Positions 18,695-28,773 of a DNA stretch of 64,000 nt are shown piece after piece. The stretch covers positions 6,242-70,241 of the forward strand of contig WOZK01000030.1 in the NCBI GenBank assembly GCA_011620275.1. Direction: 5' to 3'. The DNA comes from Candidatus Omnitrophota bacterium. Lineage in GTDB: Bacteria > Omnitrophota > Gorgyraeia > Gygaellales > Profunditerraquicolaceae. How positions within the stretch are numbered: the first letter of the stretch is position 1; the number at the start of each line of letters is the position of its first letter. A program made the position numbers and the translations under genes. The notes beneath the pieces were generated by a model. That model ran no database searches and was not told the origin of the DNA. It saw nothing but the letters and a program-made list of their open reading frames with translations.

Positions 18695-20159
18695 TCCCCC
18701 TGATTTTCCTGAACGCCTTGCTTTTCAACATAGAGGATGCGGCCATAAAAGCCTCTTCTCGCGTATTTATCCTGCCGATAGCCCTCAGTTCTTCCAAGCC
18801 GGCAAGCAGACTGCCGATCACCGGCGAAGGTGCAAGAGCGAACCTGCGCATCAAGTCGTTGCCGTTTATCAGCCTGGGCAGGACCTTGCGGCCGAGCGAA
18901 CTGAAATATTCCCGCAGCAACCCGCGGCATACCTTTTCATGACGGGAGCGTGATTCCCTGCTTGTCAAAGGACCGCGGGTGGACCTTTGATCGGCCATAG
19001 AAAGAAGCAGTATGGAAGCGGCCTCTGCGCCGGCATCCCGAAAATACCTGAATTGAGCCCTGGCGGTAACGACTTCATTGTCCGCCAGGTATCCCGGGCG
19101 CAGATGACAAAAGACCATCCTGCGCAAGGCGTCCTGTTCCGCCCGGGAAAGTTTCAGTCGTTCCGCCATGCGGCAAACTATGCGCGCGCCCGACAATTCA
19201 TGTCCGTGAAATATCATCCTGCCGCCGCGGCGTTTCTTCGCCGCCGGCTTGCCGATATCATGCAAAAGCGTCCCGAGTTTAAGCAACCCCAGCCTGCGCC
19301 GTCCCGGTACGATCTCCTGCGCAAGATATGAAGAAAGGCCCGGTTCTCCGCCGAGCTCCTCCAGAAGCGACTCGAGCTGTTTTACGGACTCCAGACTATG
19401 CTTCCAGACATCAAGATGATGATACGGCCCCTGGGCTACGCCCCGCATCACCTCCACCTCCGGGAGCGCCTGACCCAACACCCCCTTATTATCCATAAGT
19501 TTCAGCACCGGATACGCATTCCCTGATTCCAGTATCTTGAAGAGCTCGTCGCGTACGCGCTCGCCGGAAACGCGGGAAAGCAAACGACGCTTGGCCGCCG
19601 TCTGCCGCAGGACTTCCTTCTCCGCTTTGAAACCGAATACCGCCGAAAGGCTAAAGGCCCGCATAATACGCAGGGGATCATCGTTGAAACTGTCCGGCCC
19701 CGCCAGCCTCAACCTGCCTGCGCGCAGGTCGGCGAGAGAACCGCGGACATCTATCAGGCCACCGCAGAACCCCGCGGTAGCGATGCGTCCCCGTATTTCC
19801 TTTGCAAGAGCATTGACCGTGAAATCTCTTTTTTCTAAATCTTTTTCTATCCCTTCCGCGCGAAAATCGGAAAAATCGAGCGTGTAAATAACGCCTGAAC
19901 GCGTCTTTTTCACCAGCCGGCAGCAGCCGCGCTCTCGGTCCAGCATCACAAATCCCGCCTTAAGTTTAACGTTGAGCGCGCGGCCGAAAGACACGGCTCC
20001 TTTATCCACGGCAAAATCCATGTCCGGATTTTCTTTACGCCTTCCCAAAAAAAGGTCCCGCAGAAAACCACCGACAAGATAAACTTTACGGCCGGACTTC
20101 CCTGCCTGAACGGCAACCATCCTTAACAGCTTTATGTCTTCCGGCAAAGGCCCTTTCAT
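18681..20159 (-). CDS. cca: CCA-adding tRNA nucleotidyltransferase with HD domain
   Basis: PolyA_pol head (GGFLRDLFLGR...DMDF) and HD motif (LLHDIGKP). Consistent with the nearby tRNA-Phe gene that lacks an encoded CCA. Confidence 0.8.
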   Translation of the reverse strand: MKGPLPEDIKLLRMVAVQAGKSGRKVYLVGGFLRDLFLGRRKENPDMDFAVDKGAVSFGRALNVKLKAGFVMLDRERGCCRLVKKTRSGVIYTLDFSDFRAEGIEKDLEKRDFTVNALAKEIRGRIATAGFCGGLIDVRGSLADLRAGRLRLAGPDSFNDDPLRIMRAFSLSAVFGFKAEKEVLRQTAAKRRLLSRVSGERVRDELFKILESGNAYPVLKLMDNKGVLGQALPEVEVMRGVAQGPYHHLDVWKHSLESVKQLESLLEELGGEPGLSSYLAQEIVPGRRRLGLLKLGTLLHDIGKPAAKKRRGGRMIFHGHELSGARIVCRMAERLKLSRAEQDALRRMVFCHLRPGYLADNEVVTARAQFRYFRDAGAEAASILLLSMADQRSTRGPLTSRESRSRHEKVCRGLLREYFSSLGRKVLPRLINGNDLMRRFALAPSPVIGSLLAGLEELRAIGRINTREEAFMAASSMLKSKAFRKIRGNVYG

Positions 20160-20629
20160 AACCCGACGACCTCCGCGGACAGATCAACGGTATCCACGAC
20201 CGCTACGGTTGATTTTCCGCTGAGCCAGCCGCCGCACTCTCCGGGGTTAACGGCCAGAAGAGAACCTTTCCGCTCCACCGACGGCTTGTGGTTGTGGCCG
20301 TAGATCAATATATCGGCGTGCGGCATCTTTCCATCCAGCAAAGCGATGTCGTGCACCACTACTATCTTCCTGGAAGCGAAGGTTATGGAAAGCGGAGCCT
20401 CGGTTATTGCGCCTGCGGAAACGGAGGAAAGCCCTTTGCGCTCCCCGTCGTTGTTGCCGAACACCCCCTTCCAGGGGCACTTCAATTTGTTGATCTCAGG
20501 CACCGTGAAAGGGGCGATAAAATCCCCCGCATGCACGACAAAATCTGTCTTAAGGCGGTTGAAGAGCTTCACGGCGGCGGCTATCTTGGAGAGATTATCG
20601 TGCGTGTCGGAAATAATTCCTATTTTCAT
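20156..20629 (-). CDS. Metallophosphoesterase (YfcE/MJ0936 family)
   Basis: MKIGIISDTHDN...HAGD...GNND...GHNH motifs. Confidence 0.8.
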   Translation of the reverse strand: MKIGIISDTHDNLSKIAAAVKLFNRLKTDFVVHAGDFIAPFTVPEINKLKCPWKGVFGNNDGERKGLSSVSAGAITEAPLSITFASRKIVVVHDIALLDGKMPHADILIYGHNHKPSVERKGSLLAVNPGECGGWLSGKSTVAVVDTVDLSAEVVGL

Positions 20630-20630
20630 T

Positions 20631-21044
20631 TTAAGTATTCTCTTGGGGCAGCGTATCGGTCTTATTCAAGACCTCCTCCTCCACAAAAATCGGAGTATGG
20701 GCCCTGACCGCCAGCGCGATGCTGTCCGAAGGCCTCGCGTCAAGCACGAGCTCTCCGCCGGATGAATCCTTCAAATATATCTTGGCGTAAAAAGTGCTTT
20801 CCTCCACGCGGTCGATGACTATTTTCTCCACGGAGGCGCGCAGCTTCTCGATGGTATCCTTGAACAAATCGTGGGTCAACGGCCTGGGCGGGGTCAAGTT
20901 GCTTATCTTCATTTTTATGGCGGATATCTCCGCCAACCCTATCACTATCGGCAATAGTCGCCTGCCGTGCTTCTCTTTAAGCACTATCAGCTGGTCGTGG
21001 CGCTTCTCATCTATAATAAGCTTGTTCAACTCCACCTCTATCAT
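20631..21044 (-). CDS. Bifunctional nuclease (BFN/DUF151) family protein
   Basis: ...LDARPSDSIALAVR... motif. Confidence 0.65.
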   Translation of the reverse strand: MIEVELNKLIIDEKRHDQLIVLKEKHGRRLLPIVIGLAEISAIKMKISNLTPPRPLTHDLFKDTIEKLRASVEKIVIDRVEESTFYAKIYLKDSSGGELVLDARPSDSIALAVRAHTPIFVEEEVLNKTDTLPQENT

Positions 21045-21544
21045 TTAGATAACCTCCTCTTGCGGCTCTTCTTGCTCACGGCGCGCGCTTCCCCGTCATC
21101 CAGAAGACTCTTCAACTCATGCATAAACTGTCCGACGTCCTTGAACTGCCGGTAAACCGAGGCGAAGCGGACATAGGCCACGTCGTCTATTTTCTTCAGC
21201 CGTTTGATGATCGCCTCGCCGATCTCGCTGGAAGGCACCTCCCTGGAAGCGCTCTTGTATATCTCGCGTTCCACCTGGGAAGTTATCTCCTCCATCTCCT
21301 CCAGACCCACGGGACGCTTCTCGCAGGCGCGCATTATACCGGTGAGTATCTTCTTACGATCGAAAACCTGCCGGGTACCGTCTTTCTTGATCACCATCAG
21401 AAAGACTTCTTCCACATACTCATACGTAGTGAAACGTCTGCCGCAGGAAAGGCACTCGCGCCTGCGCCTGACGGCGGAACCTTCCTTGGTGCCCCGCGAA
21501 TCCACTACTTTGTCTTCCTTATAACCGCAATACGGACAACGCAT
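21041..21544 (-). CDS. nrdR: Transcriptional repressor NrdR
   Basis: MRCPYCG...zinc ribbon plus ATP-cone. 167 aa. Confidence 0.9.
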   Translation of the reverse strand: MRCPYCGYKEDKVVDSRGTKEGSAVRRRRECLSCGRRFTTYEYVEEVFLMVIKKDGTRQVFDRKKILTGIMRACEKRPVGLEEMEEITSQVEREIYKSASREVPSSEIGEAIIKRLKKIDDVAYVRFASVYRQFKDVGQFMHELKSLLDDGEARAVSKKSRKRRLSK

Positions 21545-21793
21545 AAAAATCCCTTATATATAACATTACAGTTAGCATAGCATATCGGCGTGAGAATTCA
21601 AGGCTAGAAACGCACAAGACGAGGGTTCTGGAGAAATATGCAAAAGAACAGGCCGCGGAATATAGTAATAGAAAAATGATGAGAAAAACACATTATTACG
21701 GGAACAAATTACACTTCAGCATACCGTTCTCATTCGGAGAACAATCGTACTCAATCTTAGAACATTAGTCAAGGTCTTTTACAGGTAAACTTC

Positions 21794-21922
21794 AGTTAAC
21801 AGTCTGCTGAAAAACCCTGATTTGTCATCCTGAGCGCAGCGAAGAATCTCATCTCTCGATGAGATTTTTCGGCCTGCGGCCTCAGAATGACTACGTGTGG
21901 GACTTTTTCAGCAGACTGTTAA
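21794..21922. mobile_element. MITE-like palindromic element. 19-bp perfect terminal inverted repeats TTAACAGTCTGCTGAAAAA with nested inner hairpins.
   Basis: Left arm 21794-21812 and right arm 21904-21922 are exact reverse complements. An inner 11-bp inverted repeat has one mismatch (GTCATCCTGAG / CTCAGAATGAC). A central hairpin is AATCTCAT..ATGAGATT. The TTAA ends overlap the TAA stop of CDS 21919-22596. Confidence 0.65.
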
Positions 21923-22596
21923 TTCCCTTGCAGAAGTCTCTGGGCCAATTTGTTTAACTCCTGATTAGCCAGGGCGACGGCGCGTTTTCTCACCACACGG
22001 GAGAAATATTCCCTTTCGGTCTTAGTAAGTTTCTCATTACGCAACTTCTTAAGAAATAGCTCTTTTTGCTTTGGAGAAAAAACTTGTGATAAAGCATATT
22101 CCAGCCCAATCTCGTCCTTCACGGCAAGATAATCGTGGAGATCTTCCCTGCTTTGTTTGAAGTAATTGGCGAAAGTGTTCTTCATCCTTTTCATAGACAT
22201 AACTTTGTTATCCACCTTCAAATCACCATCATTCTCCAACGCTTCCATGTATCCTTTATACTCTTTCCGCGCATCCAGATTCTTGAACAACGCCAGCAGA
22301 TCATTCGCCCACGAGAATTTCAGGCCTAAGGTCTTATAAAGCGCCAGCGAGAACAATACTAGCGAAACAAAATCCATCCTGTCCGTATGGGATTTCAGAT
22401 ACTTCTCGGCTTTATTATAATCAAACAAACCCTTCTCCGCGCTATTGGCAAGCACCACCGGAAATCCTTCCCAAAGCCTAGCGTCATGCGACTTGACCAT
22501 GTCGGCGAGCGTAGAATTAGACTCCTTTTCTTGGGCCGCTTCCAAAAGAGGAAATCCCCATGCCGCAAGACGTTTCATCAAATCGGCCTTATTCAA
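21919..22596 (-). CDS. Hypothetical protein in a low-GC (~45%) islet
   Basis: 225 aa, helical/charged. GC is clearly lower than the ~58% of its neighbours. Followed by a ~200-bp AT-rich non-coding stretch (22597-22803). Function unknown. Confidence 0.45.
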   Translation of the reverse strand: MNKADLMKRLAAWGFPLLEAAQEKESNSTLADMVKSHDARLWEGFPVVLANSAEKGLFDYNKAEKYLKSHTDRMDFVSLVLFSLALYKTLGLKFSWANDLLALFKNLDARKEYKGYMEALENDGDLKVDNKVMSMKRMKNTFANYFKQSREDLHDYLAVKDEIGLEYALSQVFSPKQKELFLKKLRNEKLTKTEREYFSRVVRKRAVALANQELNKLAQRLLQGN

Positions 22597-22803
22597 AATT
22601 CACTCCGTTCTTTTTCAAATATCCGAAAAAATGTTTCCAATTTACGTTTTATCATTTTTCTGTTTCTTATGAACTGTGGACTTGTTTTCACGGTCTTCCC
22701 CAAGACTAGAACCCGCCACTCAAAACCACTTCTTTTTTACTCAATACTCCACTCTATATTTTCGTGTATTTATCATACTTCGTCCCTCCGTATTTCTCGT
22801 CCC

Positions 22804-23298
22804 TCACCTTTCATCCTTCTTCCCTATCGTTATCTTCCTAACCTTTATCCCCGCTTCTTTCAGGAATTTTCGCGCGTTCTCGTCTGGATATTCGCCGCAG
22901 GTGACGACTTCGGCGATGCCGGCATTAATAAGCATCTTGGCGCAGATCACACACGGCTGATGGGTGATGTAGATCACGCTTCCGCGGGTGCCGATGCCGT
23001 GCAGGGCGGCCTGGAGCAGGACGTTCTGCTCGGCGTGCAGGCCGCGGCATAACTCGTGTCTCTGCCCGGAAGGAATATTCAGTTTCTCGCGCATACATCC
23101 GGTTTTGGAACAATGCTTGAGCCCGGACGGCGCGCCGTTATAACCGGTAGCCAGTATGCGCTTGTTCTTCACCAACACGGCGCCCACTGCCCTGCGCAGG
23201 CAGGTGGTGCGTTTGGAGACCAACTGCGCCAATTCCAGAAAATACTCGTCCCAGCTCGGTCTCTGCGTAGTCTTAACCTTTTTCGACGGTTTAGGCAT
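22804..23298 (-). CDS. dCMP deaminase (ComEB-like cytidine/deoxycytidylate deaminase)
   Basis: Zinc-binding HAEQNVLL...PCVICAKML motifs. Confidence 0.8.
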   Translation of the reverse strand: MPKPSKKVKTTQRPSWDEYFLELAQLVSKRTTCLRRAVGAVLVKNKRILATGYNGAPSGLKHCSKTGCMREKLNIPSGQRHELCRGLHAEQNVLLQAALHGIGTRGSVIYITHQPCVICAKMLINAGIAEVVTCGEYPDENARKFLKEAGIKVRKITIGKKDER

Positions 23299-24541
23299 TC
23301 TTCAGCTCCGGATAGAGGGGGAATTGTTTCGCCAGTTCCTTGACTTGTTCCCTGATACCGCTCTTGGCGTACGCGTCTTTGCGCACGGTCACCGCCTGGT
23401 CTATGAAATCGGCGATCTGACGCATCTGCGTTTCCTTCATCCCGCGGGTGGTCACCGCCGGAGTGCCGATGCGGATGCCGCTGGTCACCGCCGGGCTCTG
23501 TTTATCGTAAGGGATCAGGTTCTTATTGACGGTAATGTTCACCTCTTCCAGCACGTCAGAGGCCTGTTTGCCGCTGATGTTCTTGGACGTCAGATCGACC
23601 AACATCAGATGGTTGTCAGTGCCGCCGGAGACGATACGGTAACCTTTCCCTGATAGTTCTCCCGCCATCTCTTGGGCGTTAGCGACGATCTGCTTCTGGT
23701 AAGTCTTGAATTCCGGCTTCATCGCCTCGCCGAAGGCCACCGCCTTGGCGGCGATAACATGCATCAACGGCCCGCCCTGTAGACCGGGGAATATCCTTGA
23801 ATCGATCTTCTTGGCGAACTCCTTGCGGCAGAGTATGAAACCTCCACGCGGGCCGCGTAGAGTCTTATGCGTAGTGGAAGCAACGAACTCTGCGTACGGC
23901 ACCGGAGATTCATGCACGCCGGCAGCGATCAATCCGGCGATATGCGCCATATCCACGAACAGATAAGCACCCACAGAATCGCATATCTTGCGGAAACGCG
24001 CGAAGTTCATCTTGCGCGGATAGGCGGAAGCCCCAGCCAGGATCATCTTTGGTTTATGCTCGGCCGCCAATTCGGCGATCTTGTCGTAATCGAGCATCTC
24101 GGTGTCCTTATCGACTCCGTAAGTAACTATGTTGTAGAACCTGCCGGAGAAATTGTGCGGATGTCCATGGCTTAAATGTCCGCCGCAGGCCAAATCCATG
24201 GCCAGCACGGTGTCGCCCGGGGCAAGCGCAGCCATATAAACGGCCATATTGGCGCTGGTGCCGGAATGCGCCTGAACATTGGCGTATTCGGCGCCAAAAA
24301 GCTCTTTTGCCCTACTGATGGCGATATCTTCCACGATATCTACGTTATGACACCCGCCGTACCAGCGCGCCCCCGGGTACCCCTCGGCGTATTTGTTGGT
24401 CAACACCGATCCCTGCGCCTCCAGCACCGCCAGGGAAGTGAAATTCTCCGAGGCTATCAGCTCAAGGTTGTTCTCCTGTCTCTCGATCTCATTCTTGACC
24501 GCGGCGTATATCTCCGGGTCAACCGCTTTCAGATGTCTCAT
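23291..24541 (-). CDS. glyA: Serine hydroxymethyltransferase
   Basis: 416 aa. ...[15 protein letters not shown]... and the PLP-lysine region. Confidence 0.95.
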   Translation of the reverse strand: MRHLKAVDPEIYAAVKNEIERQENNLELIASENFTSLAVLEAQGSVLTNKYAEGYPGARWYGGCHNVDIVEDIAISRAKELFGAEYANVQAHSGTSANMAVYMAALAPGDTVLAMDLACGGHLSHGHPHNFSGRFYNIVTYGVDKDTEMLDYDKIAELAAEHKPKMILAGASAYPRKMNFARFRKICDSVGAYLFVDMAHIAGLIAAGVHESPVPYAEFVASTTHKTLRGPRGGFILCRKEFAKKIDSRIFPGLQGGPLMHVIAAKAVAFGEAMKPEFKTYQKQIVANAQEMAGELSGKGYRIVSGGTDNHLMLVDLTSKNISGKQASDVLEEVNITVNKNLIPYDKQSPAVTSGIRIGTPAVTTRGMKETQMRQIADFIDQAVTVRKDAYAKSGIREQVKELAKQFPLYPELKNA

Positions 24542-25002
24542 TTTTTACCCCCGCATATCTTTTTTTCTATTTCGCCTATTATTTTCAGCCGGCGCTCGTG
24601 CCTGCCTCCGGCAAAGACAGTATTCATCCATATCTCCGTTATCTTTCGCGCCTCGGCGGCGCCGACGAAAGAAGCGCCCAACACCAACACGTTGCTGTCG
24701 TTGTGCTCCCTGGAAAGCCGCGCCGCCGTCCTGTTACAGCAGAGCGCCGCGCGCACGCCCGGGAAACGGTTCGCCACGATGGAATTTCCTATCCCGCTTT
24801 TACAGATAAGTATCCCCCTGCGGTAGCGGCGGCGGGAAATAAGCCCGGCCAAGGCCGCGGCGGTAACCGGATAATCACAGCTTTCTTCGGAATACGCGCC
24901 GAGGTCCTTGATCCGTATGCCGCGTTTCTTCAAAAAAGTCTTCAGCTTCTCCTTCAGCGCGAAACCGCCGTGATCGGAAGCTATCAAGAGCGCAGAATTC
25001 AT
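24538..25002 (-). CDS. rpiB: Ribose-5-phosphate isomerase B
   Basis: RpiB/LacAB fold ([11 protein letters not shown]...CGTGIG-like region). Position between ywlE-like and glyA genes as in Bacillus. Confidence 0.85.
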   Translation of the reverse strand: MNSALLIASDHGGFALKEKLKTFLKKRGIRIKDLGAYSEESCDYPVTAAALAGLISRRRYRRGILICKSGIGNSIVANRFPGVRAALCCNRTAARLSREHNDSNVLVLGASFVGAAEARKITEIWMNTVFAGGRHERRLKIIGEIEKKICGGKK

Positions 25003-26057
25003 ATCAATACCTCCACTTTAGCAACCGCTTCCTTTATCTGGGAAAATATCCTTTTGTACAGCTCAAGCGTCCCGCCGATCGGGTCCGGGATGTCCACATC
25101 TCCCCTGCCGGTCCCGGCAAATTCCTTGAGTAAGAAGACCCTGTTCTTCGCCTCCGGAGCCATCTCCAGTATCTTTTCCTCGTGGAGCTTCTCCATCGGC
25201 AGGATTATATCCGCGGCCTTTATCATCACCGGAGTGAGCCTGCGCGCTTTGTGCCCCGAGACATCCATACCCTCTTCCGCCAGCACGCCGCGCGTGGCCT
25301 GCATAGCTCCACCGGAGACTGCCGATATCCCGGCGGAAAAGACATCGACTCCTCCATGCTTCTTTTCCGCGAGGAGCTTTTTAAGGAACGCCTCCGCCAT
25401 CACTGAACGGCAGGAATTCCCGGTGCAGACAAAAAGCACGGTCTTGTTCTTCAGGGCGGTCATTATCTCTGCCGCGCTCAAAGCTCCCTCCCTCAAGACG
25501 CGCGCCTCGCCGCCGGAAAAATCCACCACGCTGGACTCTCTGCCTATCCGGCAAGGGCCGGAATCCACCGCCATCTCAACCAGTCCGCCGAAATCCGACA
25601 AAGCGCCGGCGCATTCGACAGGAGGCTCTTTACCGGACAAGTTGGCCGAAGGACAGGCGACCGGGACTCCGGCATATTCCAACAATGCCAACGCCACGCG
25701 ATGATCCGGCATCCTCACCCCGACGGTCCCGTCTTCCCTGCCTTTCAAGACCAGTGTCAACGGGCCCGGCCAGAAACGCGAAATAAGCTTGTATGCCCGC
25801 AGAGACACTTCGGAAGCGAGATGTTCCGCCTGTGTGATACCGCTTACCAGGATAGAAAAAGGTTTGTCCGACGGACGCTTTTTTATTTCATACAGTTTTC
25901 TGACCGCCGCCGGATCGAAAAAGTTCGCCGCTATACCATAGACCGTCTCAGTGGGAATGATCACCAGCCCGCCGGAGGCTATCAAAGAAGCGGCTTCCTC
26001 GAGGGCCCGGGGATGAGGATCGATTGCGTCTATGAACACCGTCTTGGTACGGCTCAT
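24999..26057 (-). CDS. tsaC: Fusion of L-threonylcarbamoyladenylate synthase (TsaC/YwlC) and a low-molecular-weight phosphatase (YwlE-like arginine/tyrosine phosphatase)
   Basis: N-terminal YrdC domain (IIPTETVYGIAA). C-terminal LMW-PTP P-loop VLFVCTGNSCRS and ...GDVDIPDPIGG... closely resembling B. subtilis YwlE. Confidence 0.8.
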   Translation of the reverse strand: MSRTKTVFIDAIDPHPRALEEAASLIASGGLVIIPTETVYGIAANFFDPAAVRKLYEIKKRPSDKPFSILVSGITQAEHLASEVSLRAYKLISRFWPGPLTLVLKGREDGTVGVRMPDHRVALALLEYAGVPVACPSANLSGKEPPVECAGALSDFGGLVEMAVDSGPCRIGRESSVVDFSGGEARVLREGALSAAEIMTALKNKTVLFVCTGNSCRSVMAEAFLKKLLAEKKHGGVDVFSAGISAVSGGAMQATRGVLAEEGMDVSGHKARRLTPVMIKAADIILPMEKLHEEKILEMAPEAKNRVFLLKEFAGTGRGDVDIPDPIGGTLELYKRIFSQIKEAVAKVEVLI

Positions 26058-26545
26058 AAGGAAATCTGTATTTTCCCTATCTCCTCGCGCATCTTAGCGC
26101 GGAAAGTTTCCATCCTGGCCTTGATGCCCGCGTCGGACAAAGCGAGTATCTCCAGCGCGAACACCGCCGCGTTTTTCGCGCCCCCCGCGCCCACGGCCAT
26201 ACAGGCCACAGGTATGCCGGAAGGCATCTGCACGGTGGAAAGCAGGGAATCCACCCCCCGCAGACTGCTTGTCTCCACCGGAATGCCGATCACGGGAAGC
26301 AGGGTATGGCCGGCGATTGCCCCGGCAAGGGCGGCCGAGCCTCCTGCCGCGGCGATGAACACGGATACCCCGCGCTCCGGCGCCGACTCCACATAAGCCG
26401 CCAGTTCTTTAGGGGTTCGGTGGGCCGACAAGACCTTTACCTCCGGTTCTATGCCGAACTCCTTAAGCAGCTCGACCGCTGGACGCACTGTTTCCAGATC
26501 GGACTTGCTGCCCATAAGCACGCTGACCGTATTCTTCATCTTCAT
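26054..26545 (-). CDS. purE: N5-carboxyaminoimidazole ribonucleotide mutase
   Basis: VLMGSKSD...SAHRTP motif. Confidence 0.9.
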   Translation of the reverse strand: MKMKNTVSVLMGSKSDLETVRPAVELLKEFGIEPEVKVLSAHRTPKELAAYVESAPERGVSVFIAAAGGSAALAGAIAGHTLLPVIGIPVETSSLRGVDSLLSTVQMPSGIPVACMAVGAGGAKNAAVFALEILALSDAGIKARMETFRAKMREEIGKIQISL

Positions 26546-26592
26546 CCCTTTCTTATAAAATATTTCTCATCTATTATGTGCGTAGTTTAGAA

Positions 26593-27861
26593 TCAAGCGG
26601 ACTTCGCCGCTATATCACGGCGGTAATGCATTCCTTCAAAATCTATCTCCCCGGCAGCGGAATAGGCGGAGGCGGCGGCTTCTTTGATATCGCGCCCCAG
26701 TGCGCTAACCCCCAGTACCCTTCCTCCGTCGCTTAAACACCTGCCGCCGGCAAGCCTGGTGCCGGAATGGAACACGGTCACGTCACCGCGCCCGACGAGC
26801 CGCTGAAGGCCTCTTATCTCCATTCCCTTCGAATATTCTCCCGGGTAACCTCCGGAAACAAGCACCACGCAGACGCATGCCCGCTCGTCCCACTCAAAAT
26901 CCGGTATCTCCAGCAATTTGCGGCGGCTCACAGCCAGCAGCGCTTCCGCCAAGTCGCTCTTCATACGCGGAAGGATCGCCTGAGTCTCAGGGTCGCCGAA
27001 GCGCACGTTGAATTCCAACACCTTCGGCCCTTCGGCGGTAAACATGATCCCGGCGTAGAGCACCCCGCGATAGTCCAGCCCTTCCTTACGCAATCCTTCC
27101 ATGGCCGGCAGCAGTACCGTCCGGTTTATCTCCTCCTCCTGCTTGGAAGAAAGAAAAACCGCCGGAGAATAAGCGCCCATGCCCCCGGTATTAGGCCCTT
27201 TGTCGCCGTCGAAAACACGTTTGTGGTCCTGGCTGGAAGCCAAAGGCACGATTTTTTGCGTATCCGTGAAAGCAAGGATGGATACCTCCCTGCCTTCGAG
27301 ACATTCCTCTATAACAACCCTCTGCCCGGCTGCTCCGAATATCCTGCGTCTCATTATATCGTCAACCGCAGCCAACGCCTCACCGAGGCTGGCGGGAATT
27401 ATCACTCCCTTGCCGGCGGCAAGGCCATCAGCCTTGATAACACACCGTCTACCCAGGCCGCGCAAATAAGCGTCGGCTTTATCGGGATCCTCGAAGACCT
27501 CGAAAGAAGCGGTAGGTATGCCGTACTTGAACATGAACCGTTTAGCGTAAACCTTGCTTGATTCCAACTGCGCGGCCTGTTTGTCAGGGCCGAAGATATC
27601 CAGCCCGCGGCCGCGGAACGCGCCGGCGATCCCGGCGGCAAGAGACACTTCCGGACCGACCACGGTCAATCCTATCTTTTCCTTCAGCGCGAAAGACATC
27701 AGTCCGCCCACGTCTTCGGCTTTTATCGGAACGCATTCCGCGACAGAAGCGATACCGCCGTTGCCGGGAGCGCAGAATATCTTCTCGACCGAAGGCGACT
27801 GCGCAAGTTTCCAACAGATCGCGTGCTCTCTCCCCCCGGATCCGACCACGAGTACTTTCAT
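26593..27861 (-). CDS. purD: Phosphoribosylamine--glycine ligase
   Basis: MKVLVVGSGGREHA... ATP-grasp. Confidence 0.9.
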   Translation of the reverse strand: MKVLVVGSGGREHAICWKLAQSPSVEKIFCAPGNGGIASVAECVPIKAEDVGGLMSFALKEKIGLTVVGPEVSLAAGIAGAFRGRGLDIFGPDKQAAQLESSKVYAKRFMFKYGIPTASFEVFEDPDKADAYLRGLGRRCVIKADGLAAGKGVIIPASLGEALAAVDDIMRRRIFGAAGQRVVIEECLEGREVSILAFTDTQKIVPLASSQDHKRVFDGDKGPNTGGMGAYSPAVFLSSKQEEEINRTVLLPAMEGLRKEGLDYRGVLYAGIMFTAEGPKVLEFNVRFGDPETQAILPRMKSDLAEALLAVSRRKLLEIPDFEWDERACVCVVLVSGGYPGEYSKGMEIRGLQRLVGRGDVTVFHSGTRLAGGRCLSDGGRVLGVSALGRDIKEAAASAYSAAGEIDFEGMHYRRDIAAKSA

Positions 27862-27862
27862 T

Positions 27863-28732
27863 TTAAGCGTCTTTGGCCTCTTTTTTTAAAGGCAGGATAC
27901 CGGCCATCTCACCTATTATGTTCACCAGCTCCGTGCCGCCCGGCACCACCACCTTGGTATTGTTCTGCAGGGCTTTTTCCATCGCCTCCAGCTTACGCAA
28001 CACCTGGGCGTTGCCGACGAAATATTTCTCCGCGGCCTCGTTGACCAGCATGATCGCCTCCGCCTCTCCCTGTGCCTCCAGTATTCTGGACTGCTTGATA
28101 CCTTCAGCCTTCTTTATCTGCGCCCTCTTCTCGCCGTCGGCAACGGTCTCGGCGGCGGTGGCGTAGTCGACGGCGGCGATCTTCTCGTTCTCCGCCTTGA
28201 CCACTTTATTCATCGTCTCCTGCACGTCCTTGGGCGGGTCGATCTCTTTCAATTCGGTCCTGACTATCTCTATCCCCCAATTGGCGGTCTCGGTCATCAA
28301 AGTGCTGTGCAATTCATCGTTTATCTTGCCGCGCTCGCTGTTGGCCGATTTCAAAGTAAGCGTGCCGATGATGTTGCGAAGGGTGGTCCTGGCCAGGTTG
28401 ACTATCTGGTATTGATAGTTGTTGACGTTGTAAAGCGAGCTCTTGACGCTCTGCTCGTCGGACTTGACTTTGAAATACACCTGCGCGTCCACCCGCGCGT
28501 TCAGATTATCGAAAGTGATGATCTCCTGAGGGGCTGCGTCAACCATCTGCTCGGTAACGTTCACCAGGTACATGTTCTCTATGAACGGTATGATCCAGTG
28601 GAAGCCGGACTCGGCGAAACGGGAATATTTGCCCAGACGCTCTATCAGCCCGCGGTGCGTTGGACGGATGATGCGAATACCGGACAGGAAAATAAAAACC
28701 CCCGCGGCTATGGCCAGATAAACGTTATTCAT
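27863..28732 (-). CDS. SPFH/band-7 (stomatin/HflC-like) membrane protein
   Basis: N-terminal TM. SPFH core followed by a long coiled-coil. Embedded within the pur gene string. Confidence 0.75.
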   Translation of the reverse strand: MNNVYLAIAAGVFIFLSGIRIIRPTHRGLIERLGKYSRFAESGFHWIIPFIENMYLVNVTEQMVDAAPQEIITFDNLNARVDAQVYFKVKSDEQSVKSSLYNVNNYQYQIVNLARTTLRNIIGTLTLKSANSERGKINDELHSTLMTETANWGIEIVRTELKEIDPPKDVQETMNKVVKAENEKIAAVDYATAAETVADGEKRAQIKKAEGIKQSRILEAQGEAEAIMLVNEAAEKYFVGNAQVLRKLEAMEKALQNNTKVVVPGGTELVNIIGEMAGILPLKKEAKDA

Positions 28733-28773
28733 TTAAATTCCTCCTTTTTTTATGCCGGAACTGCACTACTGGA

